Below are positions 49,235 through 62,395 of a stretch of DNA of 64,000 nucleotides, in pieces (within the stretch, counting starts at the first letter, position 1; each line of letters starts with the position of its first letter). The position numbers were made by a program, and so were the translations under genes. The DNA is from Octopus vulgaris (Eukaryota). The stretch is from contig OX597820.1 in assembly GCA_951406725.2 (NCBI GenBank), positions 682,001 through 746,000 of the forward strand, given 5' to 3'. The notes below the pieces were generated by a model. The model saw only the letters and a program-made list of their open reading frames with translations, did not search any database and was not told where the DNA came from.

Positions 49235-50998
49235 GTATATATTATTTTTTCATCATATCTTTGTTTTGGTGTTGTTGTTTAGCTCACATCAGCCCTCATT
49301 AGGCAGATGAATGACCAGAGACATTTCATTTATGACCATCCTGCCTTTTTGTATATGTATTATTGCATTGTCCAACCTCTCCTTTTCTTTTTCCAGATAG
49401 TACAGTATGGCTGGAGGCAAATTTGCTCTTTCTAGCTCATTGAATGACTAATCTGACGCTCCTCACCAATCTTATGTATTAAAGATATTTATTTTTGTGA
49501 AAGTTGATTTCTTATAGTTATGGGAGAGAAAGTGCATATTTATAAATGTATATGGATATAAGTATGTGTACTAGACGTAAAAATATCTTGGTCATCTAAA
49601 CCCTTCAAGGTGGTGCTCCAGCGTGGCCACAGTCCAATGACATGCAAGAAAATGAAAAAAAAAAATTGTTAGATTTCATAATAATCTATCCTAAATCCCT
49701 TTTAATGAGGATTAGTTTTTAAAACTCTTTGCATAGTTAAAACATTTATTGCAATTTCACCTGACTGGCTCCTGTGCCAGTGGCATGTAAAAAGCACTAT
49801 CCAAACGTGATCGATGCCAGTGCCCCCACTGACTGGCTCTTGTGAAGATGAATGGCGGTATAACGTCACCCATCACTAGTGATCACTATAAACAGCATGA
49901 TGTTGACTGGATGTTTGATTTTTATCACAATTGGTACATGTCCTCAGATTGACACCCAAACAATCTTAAATGTTCATTTCAGAGCTTCCAGCATGAATGC
50001 CAAGCAGTACAGTATGTTATTTTCAAATTTCTGGCAGAGTGAATTGTGTCATGGTGCTGTTTTTCTCAGACAGTACCCAACTGACCCTACCATACTGAGT
50101 AGTCGACAAAATCAAAAACAATGCACATGCACGAAATTAGAAATATAAAATGGCGACAATTTACCCATTGCACCGTGTGTGCACGTGTATCTCCCAACAC
50201 TGCTTGACATCCAGTGCTGGTGTGTTTACATCCCCATAACATGGGAGATCAGCAAAAGAAACAGAATAAGGCTTTAAAATTTTTTTTAAATAAATAAGAA
50301 AAGATCTGGGAATGGTTTGAGTAAAATTTTTCAAGGCAATGCCCCAGCATGACCACAATCAGACAAACAAATAAGAGATAACAGGTGTTTCTTTTTAAAT
50401 CAAATACTTAAATGCTATTATTTATAGCTTTATCTACTGAGTTCAACTGTTAAAAGTGATCTAACACAACAGATATATTTTTCTTTATGTTTTAGTTGGG
50501 TCCCGAGTTCGAGTTGAGCGACGGCAGGTTTGTAACAATATATATATCTGTATGACGAGCCATTTTCAGTTTCACTCTACTAAATCCACTCAAAAGGCTT
50601 TGGTTGACTCAAGGCAAAGTAGAAGACACTTGTCCAAAGGTGTTACACGATGGGACTGAATCCAGAACCATGTTGTTGAGAAGCAAACCTCTTACCACAC
50701 AGCGATTCCATTTGGGTAGGAAAAGTCAAATGTTGCCAGTGGGACATCTTCTGTAAACATGACAGATGTTTTACCATTGGACCAAAACAATCCTCTGAAC
50801 TTCTTTGTCAATTTTAGAAGCATTGTTCTTACCAGTGAATTAATTTGACTGTTTCCATCCGAAGGACTTTTTAACACAATACTCACAAGCTGTTATTTAT
50901 AGCTTTATCCACTTGCAGTTCCACCATTAAAAACAATTTATTGCCTGCCTTTCAAAGTTTCTAAAATTTTATGTTTTATTTCAGAAAATTTTGAAAAC

Positions 50999-51074
50999 AT
51001 GGGGCGTCGTGGAATGCCTGGTCGCCGAAGGCAACTAATTCAATTGGATAATGCTCCAAAAACAAGCTATTTAA
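50999..51074 (+). CDS. FNBP4: Formin-binding protein 4, first coding exon
   Basis: Acceptor TTTCAG| at 50984, then MGRRGMPGRRRQLIQLDNAPKTSYL (cf. the FNBP4 N-terminus MGKKSRAVPGRRPILQL). Donor GTAAGT, phase 1. Confidence 0.8.
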
Positions 51075-51464
51075 GTAAGTTGATTTTGTTTTGTAATTTG
51101 AGAGCTGAGATGAAGATTTTGGAACAGTTAAGATGGCAATAACAATGTTACTCCTATTCATCTTCTTTGGTTTTTAATCTACATCCCTAACTAGAGATAT
51201 GTCCTGAATTCTGGAAACATGCTGCAGTGTGTTCTATTCCAGTACTCCATAACTGGTATGCTGTGGTACAATGGTGTGCCGTGAGATGATGCTATGTGTG
51301 CCACAGTGTAACCTGAATATAATTTTTTTCCCTATATATTTAGTTATATTTTTAGTTCAGGTATGCTGCTGAGTTTTGAAAAGAATATAAGTATACCGCA
51401 AGGAAAAAAAAGGTTGTGGAGCACTGGTCTATTTCCATCAATGGCAAACCTTCTGGCTCTGACA

Positions 51465-52257
51465 TCATGTCCGTTTTCCATTCTTGACTGAGGTCTGGAG
51501 AGCCTGCAGTTGCACCAGGCTCCAAACTGATCTGGCAATATTTCTACAACTGTATGCCCTTTCTAACATCAACCACTCTGAGAGTGTAGTGGGTGATTTT
51601 TATGTGTCACTAGCACAGAAGCCAGTCAGGGGACACTGGCATCGGCCACGTTTGGATAATGCATTTTATGTGCCACCGGAACAGAAGCCAATCAAGAGGC
51701 ACTGGCCACAGCTACAATTTTGGTTTTACTTGACTGAACAGGTCTTCTCAAGCATATATTACCCAATGCATCAAGTGTACTTTTAAATGGGCCAGACATG
51801 CAACACTGGCATTGGCCATGGCTGTGATCTCACTTTAGTTGCCGAGTCTTCTCAATCACAGCATATCTCCAAACGTCTCGGTGTCCTGTCATTGCCTCTG
51901 TGAGGCACAATGTTTGAAGGTCATGCCTCACCACCTCATCCCATGTCATCCTGGGTCTACCTCTTCCTCAGGTTCCTTCCAGAGTTAGGGAGTGACACTT
52001 CCTCACACAGCTGTCCTCATCCATATGTAACACATAACCATATCAGTGCAATTGTCTCTCTTGCACATCACATTTGATCCTTCTTATGTCCAACTTTTCT
52101 CTCAGGGCGCTTACACTCTGTAAAGTATGCACACTGACATTACACATACAGCGGATCATACTAACTTCATTTCTTTCAAGCCTACACATGTCCTCAGCAG
52201 TCATGGCCCATGTTTCACTGCTGTGTAGCATGACAGTTCGCACACATGCATCATACG
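51465..52257 (-). mobile_element. RTE-type LINE 3' end (ORF C-terminus plus UTR)
   Basis: YDACVRTVMLHSSETW...RLERNE...LREKL followed by the family UTR. Confidence 0.85.
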
Positions 52258-52599
52258 GTCTACTTTTCATTCTGAGATCATTTTATTTTGCTCTCTTCCT
52301 ACTTAACTGTTTCAGTGTGATATTAATTTTCATGGTTATTCCATTAATGTTGTTAAATAGCTACCAAAAAATAGAATTGCTATTTTCTGCAAGTCAATTT
52401 ACCTCAAAAAACCTGACAAATCTCAACAGAAAGTAGTTTCAAACATGACATTTCTCAACAAAACAATGATCTTGTTACCTAATTATTACTGTATTCTCTT
52501 AGTGTTTCCATTTCTAATTGTGTTTAATAGGTTTTTGTTGGAATTTAATGTATTTAATGGGTAGTTTAACATTATTTAATGGTTACATATATGTCAAAA

Positions 52600-54726
52600 G
52601 CTGTGATGTCAAGGAATATGCATTTGGAAATACAAGAAAAGTTGTGTAAATGTTAGATATGGTCCACACTATTTGATGGTGTAGAAACATGGATGTTGAT
52701 GAAAATTGACAAACTAGCTTTTGAAATGCGAGCATTTGGAAGAATGTTAAAAAAAACACAAAAACTAATGAAGTGCTACATCATCATCATCATTTAATGG
52801 TTGTTTTCCATGTTGGCATGGATTGAATGGTTTGACAAGAGCTGGCAGGCCAGAGAGCTGTACCAGGCTCCGAAAGTCCTTTTGGCATGGTTTCTATGGT
52901 TGGATGCCCTTCCTAACGCCAACCCCTTTACAGAATGTACTGGATGCTTGTTATGTGGCACCAGTGCTTTTTATGCGACATCAGCATTGGTGCTTGTTGT
53001 GAGGCATCAGCATTGGTGCTTGTTGTGAGGCATCGGCACTGGTGCTTGTTGTGAGGCATCAGCATTGGTGCTTGTTGTGAGGCATCGGCACTGGTGCTTG
53101 TTGTGAGGCATCGGCACTGGTGCTTGTTGTGAGGCATCGGCACTGGTGCTTGTTGTGAGGCATCGGCACTGGTGCTTGTTGTGAGGCATCGGCACTGGTG
53201 CTTGTTGTGAGGCATCGGGACGGGTGCTTGTTGTGAGGCATCGGCACTGGTGCTTGTTGTGAGGCATCGGCACTGGTGCTTGTTGTGAGGCATCGGGACG
53301 GGTGCTTGTTGTGAGGCATCGGGACGGGTGCTTGTTGTGAGGCATCGGCACTGGTGCTTGTTGTGAGGCATCGGCACTGGTGCTTGTTGTGAGGCATCGG
53401 CACTGTGCTTTTTATGCGACATCGGCACTGGTGCTTGTTGTGAGGCATCGGCACTGGTGCTTGTTGTGAGGCATCGGCACTGGTGCTTGTTGTGAGGCAT
53501 CGGCACTGTGCTTTTTATGCGACATCGGCACTGGTGCTTGTTGTGAGGCATCGGCACTGGTGCTTGTTGTGAGGCATCGGCACTGGTGCTTGTTGTGAGG
53601 CATCGGCACTGGTGCTTGTTGTGAGGCATCGGCACTGGTGCTTGTTGTGAGGCATCGGCACTGGTGCTTGTTGTGAGGCATCGGCACTGGTGCTTGTTGT
53701 GAGGCATCGGCACTGTGCTTTTTATGCGACATCAGCACTGGTGCTTGTTGTGAGGCATCGGCACTGGTGCTTGTTGTGAGGCATCGGCACTGTGCTTTTT
53801 ATGCGACATCGGCACTGGTGCTTGTTGTGAGGCATCGGCACTGGTGCTTGTTGTGAGGCATCGGCACTGGTGCTTGTTGTGAGGCATCGGCACTGGTGCT
53901 TGTTGTGAGGCATCGGCACTGGTGCTTGTTGTGAGGCATCGGCACTGGTGCTTGTTGTGAGGCATCGGGACGGGTGCTTGTTGTGAGGCATCGGGACGGG
54001 TGCTTGTTGTGAGGCATCGGCACTGGTGCTTGTTGTGAGGCATCGGCACTGGTGCTTGTTGTGAGGCATCGGCACTGTGCTTTTTATGCGACATCGGCAC
54101 TGGTGCTTGTTGTGAGGCATCGGCACTGGTGCTTGTTGTGAGGCATCAGCACTGGTGCTTGTTGTGAGGCATCGGCACTGGTGCTTGTTGTGAGGCATCG
54201 GCACTGGTGCTTGTTGTGAGGCATCGGCACTGTGCTTTTTATGCGACATCGGCACTGGTGCTTGTTGTGAGGCATCGGCACTGGTGCTTGTTGTGAGGCA
54301 TCGGCACGGGTGCTTGTTGTGAGGCATCGGCACGGGTGCTTGTTGTGAGGCATCGGCACGGGTGCTTGTCATGTGGCATCGGCATGGGTGCTTGTCGTGT
54401 GGTGTAGGCACGAGTGCTTTTCATGCGGCGTTAGCATGGGTGCTTGTCATGTGGAGCTAATACATACTACAACTAATAAATATAAAATGATCAGTACTCT
54501 CAACTCTTGGTCACATAGTAAAAGCACAAGTTATACAAAAGACTGTTATTAGAAGGAAAGATAAATGGCAAACACTTAGAATGAACTGGTTTGATAATAT
54601 GAAGGACTGGGCTAAACTATTGTATGGGCAATGTGTAAGAATTTCAGAAAAACCCGAATGGAGATCCTTGATATTCAACCTGCTGAGAGCAGATGACACC
54701 TAACGAATGAATGAATGAATGAATGA
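52600..54726 (+). mobile_element. Decayed RTE LINE fragment with (GAAT)n tail, split by an insertion at ~52779-54470
   Basis: GVETW and AFEM remnants to the left of the insertion; GHI, LLEGKING and W remnants plus a GAATGAAT tail to the right. Confidence 0.55.
52960..54455. repeat. Minisatellite, 26-bp unit GGCATCGGCACTGGTGCTTGTTGTGA, roughly 55-60 copies
   Basis: Direct head-to-tail repeats with recurrent variants (GGGACGG; the 25-bp CACTGTGCTTTTTATGCGA unit), inside an RTE-UTR copy that starts at ~52779. Confidence 0.97.
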
Positions 54727-54846
54727 AAAGGAAGAGATGTACTGACCTCGTTTATATGATTTACTTGTCCTCTTAATAGGAATACAAGTTACAGAGTGCT
54801 TTGTTGTCTTTTTAAATATTGTATTGCTCTAATTTTCTTGTTGCAG

Positions 54847-54906
54847 CTCAAACAGGTTGTTATAGACCTGATGATATATTTATTGAAAGCAAAAATGTTG
54901 TTAAAA
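54847..54906 (+). CDS. FNBP4: Formin-binding protein 4, coding exon 2 (60 nt)
   Basis: TTGCAG| ... |GTAAGT, phase 1-1, open frame (T)QTGCYRPDDIFIESKNVVK. Confidence 0.6.
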
Positions 54907-56213
54907 GTAAGTGCCACAGTTTGTTTTTGTTGTTTTGCAATTTCATGTTTATTGTTCTTATCTAAAGGTTGAGACTACAAGGATCATTTCAGAACAGGTC
55001 ATGCAGTTCAATATCCATAAAATCTATACGAAATTGAAATAATACTTATGTCAGTCGTATTAACTTCATCCAGTTGTCACTAGGCCACCGTCTTATTAAA
55101 ATGAGTGTTGCATTTTAGTTACTGTTTTTCAAAATAATTTGATGTGTGTATACGTATGCACAAATATATGTAGATATTAGCCCGTTAGCATTTCAACTGA
55201 CCATATCCGGCTAAAACAACCTACCAGTTCTATCTTCACACTTACCTTACAATATCATTCTAAAAGCCATCACATTGAAATCTGAAAGGTTATGCATGAC
55301 TAATTTTTATCAATACAAATAAATGAGAAATCTGAATGCTAAAGGGTTAATAGTGTGTTTGAGAAAAAAGAAGCCATGTACAGAGCTGACTTAGATTTGT
55401 GTCATACACAGCAGATTGATGTCATGAATGGGGGGGGGAGCTTCAAATGACATGTGAAAGTCCCATGATGGTCAGTGAGTGGCTCCTGTTGTTGGGAGCA
55501 ATCATGTATGTAACATCTGCTGTGCCAAAAAGTGTAGGTCACTTGCAGGCTGAACAGTCACACCTCTGGTACTCGTGCAATTCAGAAATGTTTCTAGTGA
55601 TGGCCTTACTCAACAAGGAAATGGCCATTATGTGTCATCATCATTTAATGTCTGTTTTCCAAGCTGGCATTGGCTGGACAGTTTGATGGCAGCTGGTAAG
55701 CCAGAGGGTTGCACCAGGCATGGTTTCTATGGCTGGACGCTCTTCCTGACACCAACCACTCTACACTGAGTACTAGGTGCTTTTTACACGGCATCAGCAC
55801 CTGTGCTTTTTCTTCTTGCAAGCACTCACAGGACAGACATCTCAGCTGAGAGAGGAAGCATGTTTTTCTGAAGTTTTCACTCTGTTATAAGTTTATAAAT
55901 GCTACAGGTGCACACATATTCAGAGGTCATATGTGCTACACACATATAATAAACTGAATATATCAACATAGATAATTAGCAGTAATATATTTGTTTCAAT
56001 ACAATGTTTTTATGTTTTATGGAGATGTACTTGCATAGCATAAGCCATTTAAAAACCTGCAAAAGCCATTAGATTCACTTCAACATTTAAATTTAATTTG
56101 TCAAAATATTTTAGTCGCTTTGAAACTACAACCTGTTCACTTACAAAATTCCATGCTGCATCTTTTTATGATTTTTGGTAAAATAAATATCTACACATCT
56201 TCATCTTTTGCAG

Positions 56214-56309
56214 GTAGTCTTTCACTTGTCTGTGATTACACCGGTTCTGACTCAGAGTCTGAGGAAGAATCAGACAAAGGTGAAAATGATTCTACCTTAA
56301 ATCGAAATG
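56214..56309 (+). CDS. FNBP4: Formin-binding protein 4, coding exon 3
   Basis: TTGCAG| SLSLVCDYTGSDSESEEESD |GTAAGT, comparable to the L.LLGAY.DSDD motif of FNBP4. Confidence 0.8.
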
Positions 56310-57460
56310 GTAAGTTTTTTTTTTTTCTGCAACTAGGTTCCTGGCAAATTATCATCATCAACATCTCTACTGTTCTGTTATTTCTCGATACCTCTTCTAT
56401 TTTACTCAATACTACATTAACCCTTTCGTTTCAGTGCTTAGGGCCTAGAAGTATCCCTCTATGCTTCCCCTACATCCAGTAACCTGCAGAAGTTGAGCAT
56501 CAATCACATTTATTACAATCGTATGGAAGGAGCTGTATTGTTCAACACCATTGCTCCGACACTCCCCAGACTGAAATATATGAAAATAAAATTTTGGCTT
56601 AGTTTCCAAAATATAAATGAAAAACATTTGAGCATATTCTGTGATATGGTATTGCATGCACATCATAATCATCAACTCCTGGTTCAGAAATCGAAACCAT
56701 AATCTTACAACCATGAGCACAGCACCCTAATTACTTGGCCACGTATCTTCAATGTATGCACAGAGTGCATTGAAACCATTTGTGCATTTAGAGACCTTTC
56801 ACCTCCTCAGATAAAAAGATGCTGTGTAACATTTGCATGGTTAATGCCATGTTTAAAGAATTAATGTATTGTACTTGCATAGGAAGAATTTCAGCTGTGA
56901 AATACTGTATATATAATGTTTGGTTTAGGGTTGAAGAAAAGAAATCTCTCTCTCTCTCCCTCTCCCCCCTCCTCTCTCTCACACGACTCTGCTAATCTTG
57001 ATTGGTTTGGATTTAATAAAAGAAAATAGAAAGTAGCAGCTAAGATTATCAATACTCCCATTGCTGGTAGTAATTGATTGGTTGTTAGTTTTCTGTCAGT
57101 CCTTTCTTTATTATTTGTGACCCCTTGAAGAATGAGGGTATGTCATTGACAAGGTCACGAATAGCAACAAAAGCTACAGAAAGCTAATGACTGATTGATT
57201 ATTAAACAAACTATTGGATAGTTATTTGGTAAAATAAAGAAGTGGTATTGAACCAGTGTGTGTGTTAAATTTTTGACATAGTGACCCTCCCTAGACACAA
57301 CAAGATGTAAATGTTTAAATCTGAAGAAGAAAAAAATATCTTCGGAACCCATTATAGTGTATAACAATGAAGGAAGAGGAACCCCAAATTGACTGCATTA
57401 CAATATTCAGTTTTCCTGTTATACCATAAGTAAAAATATTCTGTAAATATTCATTTTTAG

Positions 57461-57840
57461 GAGATGATGTCAATTCTGGGAATGACGCAAAAGATAATCT
57501 TCATGCTGAAATGCTTGGAATAGTTGGAACCAAAGTAGAGACTCCATCAGATATCTTTCGCCGGGAATTCAACGCTTATCAGAAAGAAACTGCTGCACCA
57601 TCATACAACCGAGAGTTTATTGCTTTCCAAAAAGAGACCTCCCCGTCTCTAAGCACTTCAAGTAGTGTGTCTACAGAAATGGTAACTACATCGACAACAC
57701 AATCCCAGAAAGCAAATGTTCCTCTGAAGGAAAATTCTACCACATCTGCGGATTCAAAGACAGTTTCTGGCTCCACTGAAACACCAGAGAGTGTATCAAA
57801 GAGTTCAGATATTGATTCTCAAGTTGCTTCTTTCCTTGCT
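57461..57840 (+). CDS. FNBP4: Formin-binding protein 4, coding exon 4
   Basis: TTTTAG| ... DIDSQVASFLA |GTAAGT. Joined to the next exon it gives FLAEIDA, as in FNBP4 DIDSTLANFLAEIDA. Confidence 0.85.
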
Positions 57841-58967
57841 GTAAGTTCTGGTTTTAATAATACAATAACATGGGTTTGCTCTGGCACCACTACCATCTTA
57901 TCTCATCTTCCCAGCTACTTCCACCCATTCTTATATAATTTGGGGTAGCCTTGTGTCTTCTCTTTAGCAAGATGCCTCTACATGTCCTCAAATTGGCAGA
58001 ATCATAAGAGTGTTGGATGAAATGTTTTATCAGCTCTCTGCACTTTGAGTTCAAATCCCACTGAGATTGACTTTCCTTTATAGGTGCAGGCATGGCTGTG
58101 TGGTAAGAAGCTTGCTTCTCAACCATATGGTTTTGGGTTCAGTCCCACTGTGCTGCATCTTGGACAAGTGTCTTCTACTTTTGGCCAACCAAAGCTTTGT
58201 GAGTGAATTTGGTAAATAGGAGCTGGAAGAAGCCTGTCCTCTGTGTGTGTACATGTCCTTGCTGGTGCCACGAAATATTGCCCAATACACACTAAAAAAG
58301 TTTGTGTTATGTAGTTTTGTGTATCTAGATTGCTACCTCAGTATTCTCATTTCAAATTACACATGCTTGATTCTGTTTTTATTTTTATAGCAGTATTTAA
58401 AAAAAATTACTCTTAAGCAGTGGGAGTGTCCATGAATCTTTTCAGGCCCTTTAAGAATCATCATCAACCCATGGCTATCACTATCTCAAGTCCTAGATCT
58501 CAAAGGAGCCAGTTACCTGGTTTCCCTGGCTTACATGTGACCAAGGTCATCACATTACCCCTGAACTGGGCACCAATCCTTTGCAGAGTGTACCCATTTA
58601 CAGCTGAGTGGACTGGAGCAATGTGAAATGAGGTGTTTTGCTCAAACACATAGCATATCACTCGGTCCAAGAATTGAAACCATGATGCACAACACCCTAT
58701 TCACTGGACCACATACCTTCCGAGAATAATGTGAGGAAATAATTCTAAGTCCAGAGACTTCTCTTGAATGCTTGCAACTGAATGCACACTGATAAAGGCT
58801 CCCAAAAGCTGGCTGCTGTTGTTCAACTATGTTTGTTCCTTTGGCACTTAAAGATCTTTCATCATACAGTCGTAGCTGTGTGCCTATTAAAATAAATACC
58901 AGGATCAACTAACTGAAGCATACGGTTTTGCTAGCTGACATTGTACTGTCAAATGCTATCAGTATGC

Positions 58968-59350
58968 AGTGGGCATAGTTGTGTGGTTAAGAATTTTGCT
59001 TCCCAACTACATGGTTTGGGGTTGAGTCCCACTGTGTGGCACTTTGGACAAGTGTCTTCTACTACAGCCCTGGGTTAACCAAAGCCTTGTGAACGGATTT
59101 GGTAGGCAGAAACTGAAAGAAGCCCATCGTGTTTGTATGTGTGTTTCCTGGTCTTGACATTGTGTAATGTTGTGATTGTTGTTCATTTCTAGTATTCCAT
59201 GTAAACATGTCTGACCATGGAGCAAATATTACCTTGCTTGGTAACTGGTAAGGGTTAATGACAGGAAAAGCATCCACTGTAGAAAATGTATCTCAATAAA
59301 CCCTGTCTGACTCTTGCAAGACTAGAAAAGTGGGTGTTATGATGATGATA
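58968..59350 (+). mobile_element. Near-full-length tRNA-headed SINE with RTE-like 3' tail
   Basis: Head GTGTGGTTAAG...GGGTTGAGTCCC, body, then GGAAAAGCATCCA.TGTAGAAA...GAAAAGTGG.GTTA(TGA)n. Confidence 0.7.
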
Positions 59351-59957
59351 GTGGTTAGCACAGTGTAGTCATACATTCTTGGCAAAAGTCTGTGGTTCAT
59401 GTTTCAAATCTTTGTTGGTATTACTAATACTCATTAGAAACACACCAATACCATAAGATCTCATTTTTCTGCTTAAGATTTTGAGGCTCTTTTATGTATG
59501 TAGGAAATGAGTCCTGATCATTATACTCCTCCTAATTTAATGTCCACTTCTCTGACAGAATTTCTATAACCAGATGCCCTTTGTGTCATGAGCCCTCACC
59601 TGTTCACAAATAAGGTAATATTTTCCCATAGCCAGACATGTTTTTCATGAAAAACTGGAGGCAAACACCACCACTTGTATGAAAATGATGCTTATTTACA
59701 ACCACCACATGATGTCTGCACAAGGGGACACACACACAGTAGAATCTTGGTTTACAAATTTCATTTGTCCCTGAAGGTTGTTCGTCACACAATATGTTTG
59801 TATGCTGGAATTATTTTCCCCATAAGAAATTCAAGTGAAGGCATGGCAAATTCAAGTGGGGATGTACATTGAGTGAAGGTTAGACAGTAACTGATACTCT
59901 CCTGCTGATACTGCCAGCTTGTTACTAGTCATTCAGTATTAATGTTTATGTGTATGC

Positions 59958-59990
<33 letters not shown>

Positions 59991-61053
59991 CTGTAAAAAT
60001 CCACATAATTTATGCACTTTTTTTGCAAAATAAAAATAAACTTAAGTGGGTGCATAAATTACATGAGTAGATCGTTTCTAGAATTTTTTTGAAAATTTTT
60101 TGTTGCATAAAGACATACAAAATGTAAACATTTGTACCAGAAGTTGACTCATTTAATGTCAGAATAGGTTTTTACAGAAAAAATAATGGCTTAGATTACG
60201 CCTAATGAAGTTGACTTTTATGCTGGATGGTATAATGCTTACTTTTTCTGTATAAATTTGCTAAAACCATTAAATGGTTAACTAGTTTTTGAAGTCTGAC
60301 GTTTATGCTGGCAAACACAGTCTGGGCCATATTTTACATTGCTTGGAGTTTCTACCTATCGCAATGGAGCAAATATTTAATTTTCCTTCACAGTAAATGA
60401 TTCATGAGTTCTGCTCATATTAACAATAATGATAATGACAAATTTTTAAGTTTGCTTGACATTTTAAGTGTGAAAGGGATTAAAATTTCGATACTCCATA
60501 TCCAAGGTTCTGATAAGAATAGGCAGGAAAGAATTTTGTTTACATAATCAGCTTGATCAGTCACCTTCTTTTGTTGGATAAGTGTCATCCAAGCTGATGT
60601 TTATTGGTAATTAAACTTAATTTCCAACACCTGTGCATATTTATCAGCTTTGTTTTCGTTGGTAATCCTTATCAACAACTTTTCCTGTGATTGTGATTTA
60701 AGAAGACACAGCAATATGCTAAAGATCGGACATAATCTCTTGTGGGCAAGAAATGTAAAATAAAGTTTATTATAAACAACACAAACACTTTGTAATTTAA
60801 TAGCTTTTAATGTGATACCTGTTAAACAGAAATTATTTTTATTTGATGAAAATTTAATAAAATCTAACCAGAAGTAAGTGAAATTATGCTAAACACAACT
60901 AAATTGAAGACCTTTTCCCCTGGCCATATCAACAATTCTGAAAACTTTTAGGTGCGAATTTTACATGAGTAGAAGCTTTTTTTTAACAAATTTTTATCCT
61001 GAAAATCATCTGTGTAAATTACACAAGTGCGCAATTTACATAGGTTTTTACGG
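59991..61053. mobile_element. Tc2/pogo-like non-autonomous DNA transposon
   Basis: TA|CTGTAAAAATCCACATAATTTATGCAC and GTGCGCAATTTACATAGGTTTTTACGG|TA imperfect TIRs with subterminal repeats. A related end lies at ~63900-63968. Confidence 0.6.
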
Positions 61054-61364
61054 TATATATATATTTATAAGACGGATTTCTTTGTTTCCATCTACCAAAT
61101 CTACTCACAAGTCTTTGGCAGCTCAGTGCTGTAGCAGAAAGCACTTTCTCACAATGCCATGCAATGGAACTGAACCCTAGATCACATGGTTGGAAAGAAA
61201 GCTTCTTAACGACACAGTGATGTCCACACCTATATGTTGGTAAATTCTTGTGGAACTGAATCTGACCAAGTTTTGATTAATTTATGGTTGCTATTGCAGC
61301 AGACACACACACAATAAAATCTTTAAAAATGATAATGTAATTTCTCCTGTGTCTCTAAATTTAG

Positions 61365-61590
61365 GAAATAGATGCTCTTGGAGAAGATGCTGAAGTTAAG
61401 AATAAAGAAATCGATGCTGAAGATGAGAATGTAGACTCTGTTGTTGATTCTACCAAAGATGACCAGTCTCTGGGATCTGATGCAAAGGAAGGAACTGATG
61501 CCAGTGGAGAAGCTGTGTCCGTTGTTGCTAGTTATAAATCTTCAGAAGATTCTAGTAGCGGCGAAGAAGAACCAGTTGTGTGGCCAGAAG
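61365..61590 (+). CDS. FNBP4: Formin-binding protein 4, coding exon 5
   Basis: TTTAG| EIDALGEDAE...EEEPVVWPE |GTAACT, phase 0-1. Confidence 0.85.
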
Positions 61591-61889
61591 GTAACTATGA
61601 AACAAACAATTTTACTGTGTCAATTAAAAACTTGACAGTTTTTCAATGTTACACATTTCATTATGTATCAGGCTCATAGTCGCAATCATATCTGCTACAC
61701 ATCATCATTGAATGCCCGTGTTCCATATTGGTATACCTACATACTGTATTTGATGGCAACTAAATTGTACTTTTTTCTCCTAAATATGTGCTGCTGACGT
61801 TAGGGTGCATAAAATATGCCAGTGCATCTTTTATGTCATCAAATATGGTACCTATAAATCTATTGAAATTATTTCATTGTAAACTGCAC

Positions 61890-62162
61890 AGTTCTATATT
61901 TTAGAGATGAGGAATTCTGTACATTATTTACATTGGATGGTTAAGAGCGTGTGCTACTAACCCCAAGATTCTGAGTTCAATTCCAGGCAGTGCCTTGAAG
62001 AAATAATAATAATAATATCAAAAAAATACCTTAGGAATGAGAACCCAGGGTTGGGTTCAAAATTCCACCAGGACACCTGATGAAGGCTGGAGAGTAGATC
62101 AGCTGAAACGTTGTGATAACAACCAAGATGAGGACAAATATCCGTCCAATGTAAATAAAGTA
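61890..62162 (+). mobile_element. tRNA-headed element with Penelope-like tail
   Basis: A/B-box-like TGGTTAAGAGC and GAGTTCAATTCC, then a tail shared with the 3112-3323 hairpin (GATGAGGACAAATATCCGTC.AATGTAAATAA). Confidence 0.6.
62072..62116 (+). ncRNA. Minimal type I hammerhead ribozyme motif (Penelope type)
   Basis: CAC-CTGATGA-A-GGCTG..CAGCT-GAAA-C-GTT-GTG: catalytic core, stem II, loopless palindromic stem III (ACGT), GUU cleavage triplet and a short stem I. Confidence 0.55.
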
Positions 62163-62190
62163 AACTGTGCATTTTTCTTCTATTTTCCAG

Positions 62191-62395
62191 AGCCTGTCAG
62201 TGAATGGCAACAGTGCCATGATGAAAGCACTCAACACTACTATTACTGGAATATCAACAGCAATGAGGTGACTTGGGAAATCCCTCCAGAGTTCACTCAG
62301 TACCTCCTCCTTTACAAGGAGTACGAGTTAACCCTCAGCCGCTTAATCAAAGAAGGCAAAACAAAACCAAAGAAGAAAAAGACCAAGTCTAAACG
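62191..62395 (+). CDS. FNBP4: Formin-binding protein 4, coding exon 6 (WW domain)
   Basis: TTCCAG| EWQQCHDESTQHYYYWNINSNEVTWEIP, matching FNBP4 WW1 (WQEVWDENTGCYYYWNTQTNEVTWELP). Phase 1-2. Confidence 0.9.

Noticed and set aside
52960-54455. CRISPR-like array or repetitive protein gene (MPHNKHQCRCLTTSTSADASQQAPVP ORFs)
   Set aside because: Units are contiguous with no unique spacers, there are no cas genes, and the context is eukaryotic. The ORFs result from a stop-free 26-bp unit read in all three frames.
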